Shown piece after piece: positions 18,180 through 27,063 of a DNA stretch of 64,000 nucleotides. Every line of letters starts with the position of its first letter. Within the stretch, counting starts at the first letter, position 1. This DNA is from Paludibacteraceae bacterium (GTDB lineage Bacteria; Bacteroidota; Bacteroidia; Bacteroidales; Paludibacteraceae): the NCBI GenBank assembly GCA_017541805.1, contig JAFXYK010000061.1, forward strand, positions 5,674 to 69,673, read 5' to 3'. The notes beneath the pieces are model-generated. The model was not told where the DNA came from and did not search any database. It saw only the letters and a list, made by a program, of their open reading frames with translations. The position numbers and the translations under genes were made by a program.

Positions 18180-19159
18180 TGTTCCGTTACAGTGAGTTCG
18201 TCAACCCGCATGTAGGGCCCAGAGAGTCGCGGACACGTATAGTCTTCGAGTATTTGGCGATTATCTTCGGTATCTTCCCTATGGCTCTGATGGTCAACTG
18301 GGTGTTGCTGCCGCATGCGTTTGTGGGAGGCGGCTTGACGGGTATCTGTTCGGCAATCTATTACCTGACCGGAGGTTTGATGCCTTCCGTCTTTCCGGAG
18401 TACGGCGGTGCTATTCCTGTATGGCTGACGACATTCGTCTTCAATGCGATTCTGCTGACGATAGCCGGCTTGACGGTAGGATGGCGTTTCTGCATCCGAA
18501 CGATGGTGGGAGTGTCTGCTATCACGGTATGGTATAGCGTCATTCCTATCTTACCCGAGCCGATCATAGAAGATCCCTGGCTGGGTGCATTGATGGGCGG
18601 TTTCGTGTTCGGTCTCAGCCTGGGCTGTGTGCTGGCGGCTAACGGTTCTTCGGGAGGTACGGATATCGTAGCGATGATAGTGAACCACTATCATAATATC
18701 TCGCTTGGCAATATCATGCTGGCCTGCGACGTGCTGGTGATCGCCTCGGCTTTCTTCCTGCCACTGCCGGATTCGATGCTGGCGGAAGAAGGGAAGACAC
18801 AGACGTATCTGCATATCAAGCGAGTGCTCTACGGTGTGGCGATGACGATTTCTTATACCGTGGCGGTAGACTGGGTGATGGATCGGTTCCACCGCAGTGT
18901 GCATTTCTTGATCTATTCGACCAAGTATGATCAGATAGCGACGGCTATCAATACCACCGTTCATCGAGGCGTGACGGTGCTGGACGGCACAGGTTGGTAC
19001 TCGAAACAACCGGTCAAAGTGATCTCGGTGCTGGTACGTAAACCGGAGAGTTCGCTGGTCTTCCGTATCGTGAATGAGATTGACCCGGATGCGCTGGTAT
19101 CTATCGTTGATGTACGGGGTGTTTTTGGTGCCGGCTTTGACAAAATAAAGGGGAAATAG
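18179..19159 (+). CDS. YitT-family membrane protein with a DUF2179 C-terminal domain
   Basis: Multi-TM N-terminal region, then HRGVTVLDGTGWYSKQPVKVISVLVRKPES..IVDVRGVFGAGF. Confidence 0.8.
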   Translation: MFRYSEFVNPHVGPRESRTRIVFEYLAIIFGIFPMALMVNWVLLPHAFVGGGLTGICSAIYYLTGGLMPSVFPEYGGAIPVWLTTFVFNAILLTIAGLTVGWRFCIRTMVGVSAITVWYSVIPILPEPIIEDPWLGALMGGFVFGLSLGCVLAANGSSGGTDIVAMIVNHYHNISLGNIMLACDVLVIASAFFLPLPDSMLAEEGKTQTYLHIKRVLYGVAMTISYTVAVDWVMDRFHRSVHFLIYSTKYDQIATAINTTVHRGVTVLDGTGWYSKQPVKVISVLVRKPESSLVFRIVNEIDPDALVSIVDVRGVFGAGFDKIKGK

Positions 19160-19177
19160 CATTTTTTTTCAAAAAAA

Positions 19178-19209
19178 TTTGGCTATATCAAAAAAAAGCA
19201 GTACTTTTG
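19178..19209 (+). promoter_or_regulatory. Bacteroidota-type promoter for tRNA-Ser
   Basis: TTTG(19178-19181)-N20-TACTTTTG(19202-19209) within the cassette ..ATATCAAAAAAAAGCAGTACTTTTGCACCCGC. Confidence 0.7.
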
Positions 19210-19233
19210 CACCCGCTTTTGACGAAAAGCCGA

Positions 19234-19322
19234 GGAGAGTTGACTGAGTGGTCGAAAGTGCCGCACTCGAAATGCGGTGTACGCATTACGTCGTACCGGG
19301 GGTTCGAATCCCTCACTCTCCG
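19234..19322 (+). tRNA. tRNA-Ser (anticodon CGA), class II with a long variable arm
   Basis: GGAGAGTTGACTGAGTGGTCGAAAGTGCCGCACTCGAAATGCGGTGTACGCATTACGTCGTACCGGGGGTTCGAATCCCTCACTCTCCG. The anticodon loop is CTCGAAA. Confidence 0.93.
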
Positions 19323-19341
19323 CGAAGAAAAAGCAGAAAAA

Positions 19342-19376
19342 ATGGCATATACTCTTGTATATGTCATTATTTTTTT
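19342..19376 (+). terminator. Intrinsic terminator hairpin (ATGGCATA..TATGTCAT family, copy 1)
   Basis: Stem ATGGCATATAC / GTATATGTCAT with one G-T wobble, loop TCTT, then TATTTTTTT. Confidence 0.7.
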
Positions 19377-19385
19377 GTAATTTTG
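19354..19385 (+). promoter_or_regulatory. Candidate promoter for the Na/Pi cotransporter operon
   Basis: CTTG (in the hairpin loop)-N20-TAATTTTG(19378-19385). The -33 element is non-consensus. Confidence 0.45.
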
Positions 19386-19438
19386 CAGCGGATTTGTGTC
19401 CAAAGACAAAATGTGTATCATAAATCATTAATACCTAT

Positions 19439-21145
19439 ATGGAATTTGCAGTACAAATTGTAACCCTGATCGGCTCAGTAGCGATGCTGATGTTCGGTAT
19501 GAAGGTGATGTCTGAAGGCCTTCAGAAGATGGCGGGTAGTAAGTTGAGCAACGTGCTAGGTACGATGACGACGAACCGCTTCACGGGTGTACTCACCGGT
19601 TCGTTCATCACGGCGGCAGTGCAGTCTTCTACGGCTACAACGGTCATGACGGTCAGCTTCGTGAGTGCCGGTATTCTCTCGCTTGCGCAGGCGATCTCGG
19701 TGATTATGGGTGCGAATATCGGTACGACCTTCACGGCGTGGATCATGGTGCTTGGTGGCGGTAGTTTTGACATGCGCCTGGTGGTTTATACGCTGATTGT
19801 AGTGGCGGTAGCGCTGATCTATTCGAAGAAGAAAGCGAACTTAGGTGATTTCCTGATAGGTTTGGCATTGATGTTATTAGGTTTGACGACCTTGAAGATC
19901 AATGCAACCGAGATGCACCTGGATGAGATGGACGCAGTGCGTAATTTCTTTAACGCGACATCCAGCTGGGGCTACGGCAGTTATTTCTTATACCTGTTGG
20001 TGGGTGGTATCTTGACCTTCGCGGTACAGAGTTCGGCGGCGATCATGGCCATCACCATGACCCTCTGTTCTACGCACGTGTTGCCGATTGATATGGGTAT
20101 CTCGCTCGTGCTCGGTGAGAATATCGGTACTACGATCACATCGAATATCGTCGCTCTCTCAGCCTCCGTGCAGGCGAGACGTGCGGCGCTGGCGCACTTG
20201 GTGTTCAACCTCTTCGGTGTGATCTGGGTGCTGTGTATCTTCCGCATGTTCGTCGGCTTTGTATGCGATCTATGGAATGTGGACTTCACGCCGGGTAAGA
20301 CCTCTGACGTCGATGCAATTCAGTTGAGTGCGATCCTGGCTACGTTCCACACTTTCTTTAACGTCTTCAACACCTGTATCCTCATCGGATTTATCAAGTA
20401 TCTGGAGAAGCTGGTCATCTGGATCTTGCCGTCCAAGCCGGAGCAGAAAGATACGGACAGCCAACTGCGCTTTATCTCCGGTGGCCTTATGTCCACGTCC
20501 GAGTTGTCTATCCTTCAGGCATGGAAAGAGATTCACGTCTTCGGTGTACGTACGCAGCGCATGATCGGTATGATTCACGACCTCTATAACGAGACGGATG
20601 AGACGGAGTTCACGAAGATCTTCTCGCGTATCGAGAAATATGAAGGTATATGCGACCGTATGGAATATGAGATCGCGCAGTACCTGAATGCCGTGGCGGA
20701 CGGTCGTCTGTCGGATCAGTCCAAGCACGAGGTGCACAAGATGCTGCGTATCGTGAGTGAGTTGGAGTCGGTGGGTGATGCGAACTATAACTTATCCCGT
20801 TATATCCGACATAAGCACGAGAACAACATCAAATATACGGACTATCAGAATAAGAACGTCGAGATGATGATTTACCTGCTGAGCGGTGCGGAGACAATGA
20901 TGGTGGAGGCGCTTGAGCGCGTGAATATCACAGAGGATGCATTCCATGAAATGACCAACATGGAGAATGAGATCAATAATTTCCGCGATGAACTGAAGAT
21001 GCAGAATATGCAGCATATCACGGAGAAAGAATATGACTATACAACCGGCGTCAACTACATGGATATCATCCTCGAATTAGAGAAGATGGGTGACTATATC
21101 ATCAATGTAGAGGAGGCTATCTACGAACATAAACACGATAAGTAA
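19439..21145 (+). CDS. Na/Pi cotransporter family protein with a PhoU-like C-terminal domain
   Basis: GMKVMSEGLQK..AAVQSSTATTVMTVSFV..GANIGTT repeated twice, followed by a helical C-terminal region. Confidence 0.88.
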   Translation: MEFAVQIVTLIGSVAMLMFGMKVMSEGLQKMAGSKLSNVLGTMTTNRFTGVLTGSFITAAVQSSTATTVMTVSFVSAGILSLAQAISVIMGANIGTTFTAWIMVLGGGSFDMRLVVYTLIVVAVALIYSKKKANLGDFLIGLALMLLGLTTLKINATEMHLDEMDAVRNFFNATSSWGYGSYFLYLLVGGILTFAVQSSAAIMAITMTLCSTHVLPIDMGISLVLGENIGTTITSNIVALSASVQARRAALAHLVFNLFGVIWVLCIFRMFVGFVCDLWNVDFTPGKTSDVDAIQLSAILATFHTFFNVFNTCILIGFIKYLEKLVIWILPSKPEQKDTDSQLRFISGGLMSTSELSILQAWKEIHVFGVRTQRMIGMIHDLYNETDETEFTKIFSRIEKYEGICDRMEYEIAQYLNAVADGRLSDQSKHEVHKMLRIVSELESVGDANYNLSRYIRHKHENNIKYTDYQNKNVEMMIYLLSGAETMMVEALERVNITEDAFHEMTNMENEINNFRDELKMQNMQHITEKEYDYTTGVNYMDIILELEKMGDYIINVEEAIYEHKHDK

Positions 21146-21146
21146 T

Positions 21147-21848
21147 ATGAAAGAGATCTTAGTGAAAAATGTATTAGCCGGTGCGCTGATCGCTCTCGGC
21201 TTGTGCTTCGGAGGCTACTTTATTTACAAGGGCTTCAGCAGCTACGCGTCCAAAGACCGTGCAGTGAGTGTGAAAGGTCTTAGCACCCGCGATGTGAAGG
21301 CGGATCATGCTATTTGGCCGCTCTCTTATGGCGCGAGTGGTAATAACCTGCCGGATTTGTATAAATACCTGGAGGGGCGTACGCAGTATATCCGTACTTT
21401 CCTGATGAACCTGGGCTTCAAGACCGAGGATATCCAGGAGGGTTCAATCTCCGTTTCGGATAACTGGGACAGTTATTATGGTGACCGTCGTCCGGAGTTC
21501 AATTATACGCTCAGCACCTCGCTCATCGTCTCTACGGACAATGTGGACCTGGTAGTAGCATGCCAAGGTAAAGAAGCCGAACTGCTCAAAGAGGGCATGA
21601 TCGTCACCACCAACAGCTGGAACCTGGATTATCAATATAACGGTCTTCCGGAGTTGAAGCCGTCGATGATTGAAGAGGCGACTCGCAATGCACGTACGGT
21701 GGCGCAGAAGTTCGCTGAGGACGCACAATGCAAACTGGGTTCGATCCGTCGCGCCAGCCAAGGTCAGTTCTCCATCGAGGCCGATGAGTATCAACCGTGG
21801 ATCAAGCATGTCCGCGTGGTAACAACGGTGGACTATTTCCTGGAATAG
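21147..21848 (+). CDS. SIMPL-domain (DUF541) protein
   Basis: N-terminal TM anchor, then SVKGLSTRDVKAD.. and a C-terminal ..ARTVAQKFAEDA..LGSIRRASQGQFS pattern. Called from memory. Confidence 0.55.
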   Translation: MKEILVKNVLAGALIALGLCFGGYFIYKGFSSYASKDRAVSVKGLSTRDVKADHAIWPLSYGASGNNLPDLYKYLEGRTQYIRTFLMNLGFKTEDIQEGSISVSDNWDSYYGDRRPEFNYTLSTSLIVSTDNVDLVVACQGKEAELLKEGMIVTTNSWNLDYQYNGLPELKPSMIEEATRNARTVAQKFAEDAQCKLGSIRRASQGQFSIEADEYQPWIKHVRVVTTVDYFLE

Positions 21849-21851
21849 GGA

Positions 21852-23132
21852 ATGGCAGGGAGTAGTTTTTCAACAAAACTGGGTCTGGTCATGGCGGCAG
21901 CAGGAAGTGCTGTCGGCCTGGGAAACATTTGGAAATTTCCTTACATTGCCGGTGAGAACGGCGGTGCAGCTTTTCTCGTGGTGTACCTGATATGCGTATT
22001 GCTGCTGGGTTTGCCGCTGGTCATGACCGAGTTTCTTATTGGAAAACACTCCGGGAAGAGCGCGTACGGTGCGTTTAAGGAGCTCAAAGGCACTAATCGA
22101 TGGCAGTGGCTCAGTTGGATGTGCATGCTGACCGCGATGCTTTTCATAGGTTTCTATTTTGTGGTAACAGGATGGTGCTTTAATTATCTGTTCGAAGCGC
22201 TGACGAATGTGCTGCACGGAGCAGAAATGGATTCGCTCTCCACGCATTTTACGCAAGTGATCTCCAATAAACCGCGGATGATTCTCTTTTCGCTGTTTCC
22301 TGTGCTGCTGACAGCTACCGTGTTGTGGTTTGGTGTCAATAAAGGAATAGAGAAACTGAGCAAGGTGTTGATGCCATTGCTGCTGGTGATGATGGTGTTG
22401 ATGGCGGTGCGGGTACTGATGCTTAAAGACAGCGCTATCGGCATGCAGTTCTTCTTCCAAGCCGACTTCAGCAAACTGAATCCTCAAGCTGTGATGAAGG
22501 CAATGGGGCAGTGCTTCTTCAGCCTCTCCATCGGAATGGGAGCGCTCATCACTTACGGCGCATATATGCCTAAGAATCAGAGTGTTTCGAAGACCTCCAT
22601 GCAGGTGGTGATACTGGATACCTTGGTCGCTATACTGGCCGGAATGATCATCTTCCCTGCCGTCTTTGCCTTCGGAATGGATCCGGCCGAAGGCCCCGAA
22701 CTGGTGTTCGTCATCCTGCCGGCGATCTTTGAGCAGATGTCGTTCTCGTACATCTTTGGTGTGCTGTTCTTTTCGCTGCTCTGTATCGCGGCCATCACGT
22801 CAACCATCTCGATCATGGAAGTGTCTGTGGCGTTTGTGAACGAAGCTACTGGCGGCAGACTGAATAGGCACAAGAGTGTGCTCCTGGTGTCGGCAGCAGT
22901 GATACCCTTGGTGCTCGCATGTGTGTTCTCGAATTCCGTATTCGATGTGTTTGACACGCTCACATCCTGTGTGCTGATGCCTTTGGGCGCATTAGGAATG
23001 GCCCTCTTTGTGGGATGGAACCTGCCCAATTACAACCATTTTGCCGGAAAGGTGTTTATCTTCTCTGTGCGATGGATCGTTCCGATCGCTATTCTGGTGA
23101 TTTTCCTCAATAGCGTCGGGATCATACAATAG
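21852..23132 (+). CDS. Sodium-dependent transporter, SNF (neurotransmitter:sodium symporter) family
   Basis: AAGSAVGLGNIWKFPYIAGENGGAAFL plus about 11-12 TM helices. Confidence 0.9.
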   Translation: MAGSSFSTKLGLVMAAAGSAVGLGNIWKFPYIAGENGGAAFLVVYLICVLLLGLPLVMTEFLIGKHSGKSAYGAFKELKGTNRWQWLSWMCMLTAMLFIGFYFVVTGWCFNYLFEALTNVLHGAEMDSLSTHFTQVISNKPRMILFSLFPVLLTATVLWFGVNKGIEKLSKVLMPLLLVMMVLMAVRVLMLKDSAIGMQFFFQADFSKLNPQAVMKAMGQCFFSLSIGMGALITYGAYMPKNQSVSKTSMQVVILDTLVAILAGMIIFPAVFAFGMDPAEGPELVFVILPAIFEQMSFSYIFGVLFFSLLCIAAITSTISIMEVSVAFVNEATGGRLNRHKSVLLVSAAVIPLVLACVFSNSVFDVFDTLTSCVLMPLGALGMALFVGWNLPNYNHFAGKVFIFSVRWIVPIAILVIFLNSVGIIQ

Positions 23133-23151
23133 AAAGTAAAAAATCAGATAT

Positions 23152-24189
23152 ATGTTAAAAGATTCGATTCAAAATTTATTAGGTCAAGTACGTGAAATGA
23201 ACGCAGCCAACGCGGAAGAGTTGGAGGCGCTGCGTATTAAATATCTCAGTAAGAAAGGCGAGATCACGGCGCTCTTCAATGAGTTCCGTGAGGTGCCGGC
23301 TGACCAGAAACGTGAGATTGGTCAGATGCTGAATCAACTGCGTCAGCAGGCTGAGACACGTATTAACGAGCTCAAGGAGCAGTTCGAGGCGAAGAAAGCT
23401 GAGGCGGAGAAACTGGACCTCACTCGTACGCCGGATCCGATTGCCTTAGGTACACGTCATCCGCTGTCGCTGGTGCGGGAAGAGATCGAAGATATCTTCT
23501 CTCGTATCGGATTCACGATCGCACAAGGACCGGAGGTGGAGGATGACAAGCACGTGTACGGCATGCTTAATTTCGCTCCGGAGCACCCGGCGCGTGATAT
23601 GCAGGATACGTTCTTCATCGAGAAAGAGATCGGTGTACAGAAGCCGACAGACGTGCTGCTGCGCTCGCATACATCCTCTGTGCAGACACGCGTGATGACG
23701 AGTCAGAAACCGCCTATCCGTGTGCTCTGTCCCGGGCGTGTGTATCGTAACGAGGCGATCTCCGCACGTGCGCACTGTTTCTTCCACCAGGTAGAAGGAC
23801 TCTATATCGATAAGAATGTCTCGTTCGCTGACCTGCGCGAAGCGCTGCTCTATTTCAGCAAAGAGATGTTCGGACCGGAGACCAAGATCCGTCTGCGTCC
23901 GTCGTATTTCCCGTTCACGGAGCCGAGTGCAGAGATGGATATCAGTTGTAATATCTGCGGCGGAACAGGATGTTCATTCTGCAAAGGCACCGGATGGGTG
24001 GAGATCCTCGGTTGTGGTATGGTCGATCCGAACGTGCTCGAGGCATGCGGCATTGATAGCAAGGAATATAGCGGCTACGCCTTCGGTATGGGCGTGGAGC
24101 GTATTACGAACCTCAAATACCGCGTGAAGGACCTGCGTCTGTTCTCCGAGAACGACGTCCGTTTCTTGCGACAGTTCGAGAGTTGTTAA
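23152..24189 (+). CDS. pheS: Phenylalanine--tRNA ligase alpha subunit
   Basis: HPLSLVREEIEDIF..LLRSHTSSVQ..GRVYRNE..FHQVEG..YFPFTEPS..GMGVERI. Confidence 0.96.
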   Translation: MLKDSIQNLLGQVREMNAANAEELEALRIKYLSKKGEITALFNEFREVPADQKREIGQMLNQLRQQAETRINELKEQFEAKKAEAEKLDLTRTPDPIALGTRHPLSLVREEIEDIFSRIGFTIAQGPEVEDDKHVYGMLNFAPEHPARDMQDTFFIEKEIGVQKPTDVLLRSHTSSVQTRVMTSQKPPIRVLCPGRVYRNEAISARAHCFFHQVEGLYIDKNVSFADLREALLYFSKEMFGPETKIRLRPSYFPFTEPSAEMDISCNICGGTGCSFCKGTGWVEILGCGMVDPNVLEACGIDSKEYSGYAFGMGVERITNLKYRVKDLRLFSENDVRFLRQFESC

Positions 24190-24221
24190 AAAAAGAAGAG
24201 CCGTGCGGCTCTTTTTTTTTA
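24188..24221. terminator. Bidirectional intrinsic terminator (pheS / DUF2490-like gene)
   Basis: Stem AAGAGCC / GGCTCTT (24196-24202, 24207-24213), flanked by an A-run and a 9-nt T-run. Confidence 0.75.
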
Positions 24222-25049
24222 CCATTCGAAGTTATACGATATTCCGAAGAGGTTTTGATACATCGTTTCTTCGGTTAACTCGATCTTTCCTTTCTTCTTC
24301 GTTATATTGATATCGCGGTTGTAGCCGTACGTGAAACGATAGTAGAAATCGAACGAACTGCGCTTGCTCACGCGCCATTTAACGCCCACTTGGGTGCGTA
24401 CGTGGTTGATGAACTGCTGACCGTCTTTCTGCATGTATTCCGGAGCATTCAGCGTGTTCTCCACCTCCAACCACACATAGGGCTTTACGTTCGGGCGGCT
24501 GAAGATGTAGAAATCCGAACCTATACGGCTGCGAAGCAGCCATGTAGCGGCGTTCCTCTCCAGCGCATTGATGCTGTCCGTCCGTATGTCGCACAGGAAA
24601 CGCTCACGCAGGTAAATCTTGGCGTAGCGCATCTTATATGAGCCGGTGAGGCCGAAGAAAACACGGTGACGCAGGAACTTACTCGGATCCGACCAGCCTT
24701 TGTTACCCAAGAGACGAAGCGTATAGCCGGCGTCGCCTTTGAGATACGGAAACTCCGGGTGAGCGTACGAGAGCGACAGGGTGGTGTAAGACTTGGTGAA
24801 CGCAGCTGCATACGTTGTGTCAATTGCTACTTGTTTGGCACTCATACCAGTCTTGGTGTCATAGAGACTGAAACGCACGTGCTCCGAGAGACTCAACTTA
24901 AGACCATTGTCCCATTTCTTGGAGAAAGAGACACCGAGGCGCGTCTGGACACTCTGTTCCGTCGTTGCACCCTGGCTGTCGTATGTCACGGCGAAAGCCG
25001 ATAGACCGAGCATCAACAGCACTCCTATGCATGATAAACGAAGCCGCAT
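24219..25049 (-). CDS. Outer-membrane beta-barrel protein, DUF2490-like
   Basis: Signal peptide MRLRLSCIGVLLMLGLSAFA, alternating beta-strand pattern, and a C-terminal ..LFGISYNFEW aromatic end. Confidence 0.6.
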   Translation of the reverse strand: MRLRLSCIGVLLMLGLSAFAVTYDSQGATTEQSVQTRLGVSFSKKWDNGLKLSLSEHVRFSLYDTKTGMSAKQVAIDTTYAAAFTKSYTTLSLSYAHPEFPYLKGDAGYTLRLLGNKGWSDPSKFLRHRVFFGLTGSYKMRYAKIYLRERFLCDIRTDSINALERNAATWLLRSRIGSDFYIFSRPNVKPYVWLEVENTLNAPEYMQKDGQQFINHVRTQVGVKWRVSKRSSFDFYYRFTYGYNRDINITKKKGKIELTEETMYQNLFGISYNFEW

Positions 25050-25055
25050 AAACGC

Positions 25056-25877
25056 TTAACTTTGAGCTTTATACTTCACCATCTGATCGATACTGTTGTG
25101 TATCTTTCCTGCCTCAAGAGGGTAGGTCACTTTGATGTACGCTACGTCGCGCAGGAAGTCAATATGTCCAATTTCGACATCCAGCACTTTGAGTCCCGTA
25201 CGCTCCTCGATGTCGGCGATTAGCGTTGCACGGTTCTCCGGCTTGATGTTCTCAATTTTCTCATAAAGAATGATTTTCGTTGAAATGCGCTTGCGCGCCT
25301 GCCATGCTTCGAAGCCCCACGCCATGAGTACTATCACCGCATTCGCAAAGAGCAACAGGTACCATGCTAGGCCTTCTGCTTTCAGGCTCAGGGAGTTGAT
25401 TACAGAGATCGCGATGATGAGGAACATATAGTTCATCTCGCGGATAGGCACCGTTTCTGTACGGTAGCGGATCATTCCGAAGATAGCAAAAAGACCCAAT
25501 ACAAACCCGGTCTGAATGTCCAATATCTGCATCAACCAGAGCAGCACAAACATACCGCTGGAGAACAGCATATACGTCACATAATAATCGCGACGATGGC
25601 TGAACCGATAGTAGATGCAATAGACCACTAACCAGGTCACCAGCAGGTTGAAAAGGAACATCAACGGCATAGTGATCAGATTGTCACTCACGTGCAGAAA
25701 ATCGGCAATGTTATTCATCAGCGTCGAGATACTCTCCGGTGCACCACCGAACTCAGCGGCTATCTCCGGATCAAAATCACCTGGTGTCGCGGCTGCTAGC
25801 GTGTTGTCTGTTACCGGATCTAAAAAACCTTCCGGCATGGGTTCCATCGTGGGATTGCTAAAATCTACTTGAATCAT
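25056..25877 (-). CDS. DUF4956-like integral membrane protein
   Basis: 273 aa with about 5 TM helices (LFNLLVTWLVVYCIYYRF, MLFSSGMFVLLWLMQIL, ..) and a soluble C-terminal domain. ATGA overlap with the VTC gene. Confidence 0.6.
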   Translation of the reverse strand: MIQVDFSNPTMEPMPEGFLDPVTDNTLAAATPGDFDPEIAAEFGGAPESISTLMNNIADFLHVSDNLITMPLMFLFNLLVTWLVVYCIYYRFSHRRDYYVTYMLFSSGMFVLLWLMQILDIQTGFVLGLFAIFGMIRYRTETVPIREMNYMFLIIAISVINSLSLKAEGLAWYLLLFANAVIVLMAWGFEAWQARKRISTKIILYEKIENIKPENRATLIADIEERTGLKVLDVEIGHIDFLRDVAYIKVTYPLEAGKIHNSIDQMVKYKAQS

Positions 25878-26653
25878 ATTGCTAACATTTTTTCTATAGT
25901 TCGAATCTTATTCTTAAACCGGTTTTTCTTGATGTCCGGTGTGGTGAGCGCAATACCGATGCAGTATTTACTGATCTTGAACGGATGCACCCGCAGATCC
26001 AGCATGATATCAGTCATGTGTGATGGTACATTGCCGTCGCGCTTGAGTTCAATGATCACCAGGTCGTTAAACGTCTTCATTTCTCCGCTCACCACATTGG
26101 TCCATAGCAGGTCCATGTCGATCGTCAACCGTTCGGTTTTCGCCTTATTAACCAAGGTGATACGGTGAAACTTCGTACTCAGGTGCGGACTCAGTTCCGA
26201 CCACTGATAGCGGCTCTTGGCGGCAATGAAATCCTCTACGCTCCATAGCTCTTTTTTGCTCTCACCGAAGGTGCTGCCCTGAATATCAAAACCCGGCACC
26301 GCGATGCGTTTTTTCTTCGTCCGCCCTTTGTTGTTCTTGCGTTTGATCTCCAGAAACGTCAACTGACTCTCTACATATTGACGCACCCGAATCTTCTGCC
26401 GCACCAGCTGTTTGTCGTGATGGCGCACATACATATCCAGGCTCTCAGTGTCATAATACATCGTGTCGTACGTCGCGATGCGCTTGCCGTCGATCTCTTG
26501 AGCATAATAGTCTTTCTGTGCCGCATCCAGGATCGCAGGAAGCATCGACAAAGGCACCGCAAACTTGGTGTCGATGCGGTTCATCAGTTTGACGCTCTCC
26601 ATCTCGTCTAACGAGATAGGGTCGAACTTACTTATCTGAGAAGATATACTCAA
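25874..26653 (-). CDS. VTC-domain (polyphosphate polymerase domain / CYTH-like) protein
   Basis: 259 aa: LMNRIDTKFAV..YDTMYYDT..QKIRVRQY..LTFLEIKRK..ERLTIDMDL..LVIIELKRDG. This matches my memory of bacterial VTC-domain proteins. Confidence 0.7.
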   Translation of the reverse strand: MSISSQISKFDPISLDEMESVKLMNRIDTKFAVPLSMLPAILDAAQKDYYAQEIDGKRIATYDTMYYDTESLDMYVRHHDKQLVRQKIRVRQYVESQLTFLEIKRKNNKGRTKKKRIAVPGFDIQGSTFGESKKELWSVEDFIAAKSRYQWSELSPHLSTKFHRITLVNKAKTERLTIDMDLLWTNVVSGEMKTFNDLVIIELKRDGNVPSHMTDIMLDLRVHPFKISKYCIGIALTTPDIKKNRFKNKIRTIEKMLAI

Positions 26654-27056
26654 AAACCTTGATACTGAATAGTTTACCGTTCGGTAAATAGTTGTACTGT
26701 TTGGCTTTGGTGCCGTCCGTATTCCACTCGTATTTACGGATGCGCACAGGACGGTTGCGGTCGTTGTATTCCACTTCTTCCACTACCTTACCCGTCACAT
26801 CATCGTATTTGCTCGTCACGCGCTTGCGTTGGCCGTAGCTGGCGTACTCAATCTCCTCGACGCAGCGGCCCTGATCGTCATACACTTTCACGTGATCCAA
26901 CCACCGTGCATTCGTCTTCGAATCGGTGTTCCATTCTTTTACGGTCAGGTTCTTACGTTTCTCACGCTTAGCGAGTTGCTCCGGCGTTAATAAACTTTGG
27001 GCTGCAGCCGTGCCTGCGATCAGCAGACAAGCCATCAAATACATGTATCTTTTCAT
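26628..27056 (-). CDS. Small secreted protein with three ~22-aa hairpin repeats
   Basis: From ATG 27056: MKRYMYLMACLLIAGTAAAQS, then VKVYDDQGRCVEEIEY / SKYDDVTGKVVEEVEY / RKYEWNTDGTKAKQYNY. The track's 57-codon N-terminal extension overlaps queH and was rejected. Confidence 0.6.
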   Translation of the reverse strand: MKRYMYLMACLLIAGTAAAQSLLTPEQLAKREKRKNLTVKEWNTDSKTNARWLDHVKVYDDQGRCVEEIEYASYGQRKRVTSKYDDVTGKVVEEVEYNDRNRPVRIRKYEWNTDGTKAKQYNYLPNGKLFSIKVFEYIFSDK

Positions 27057-27063
27057 ATCTTTC

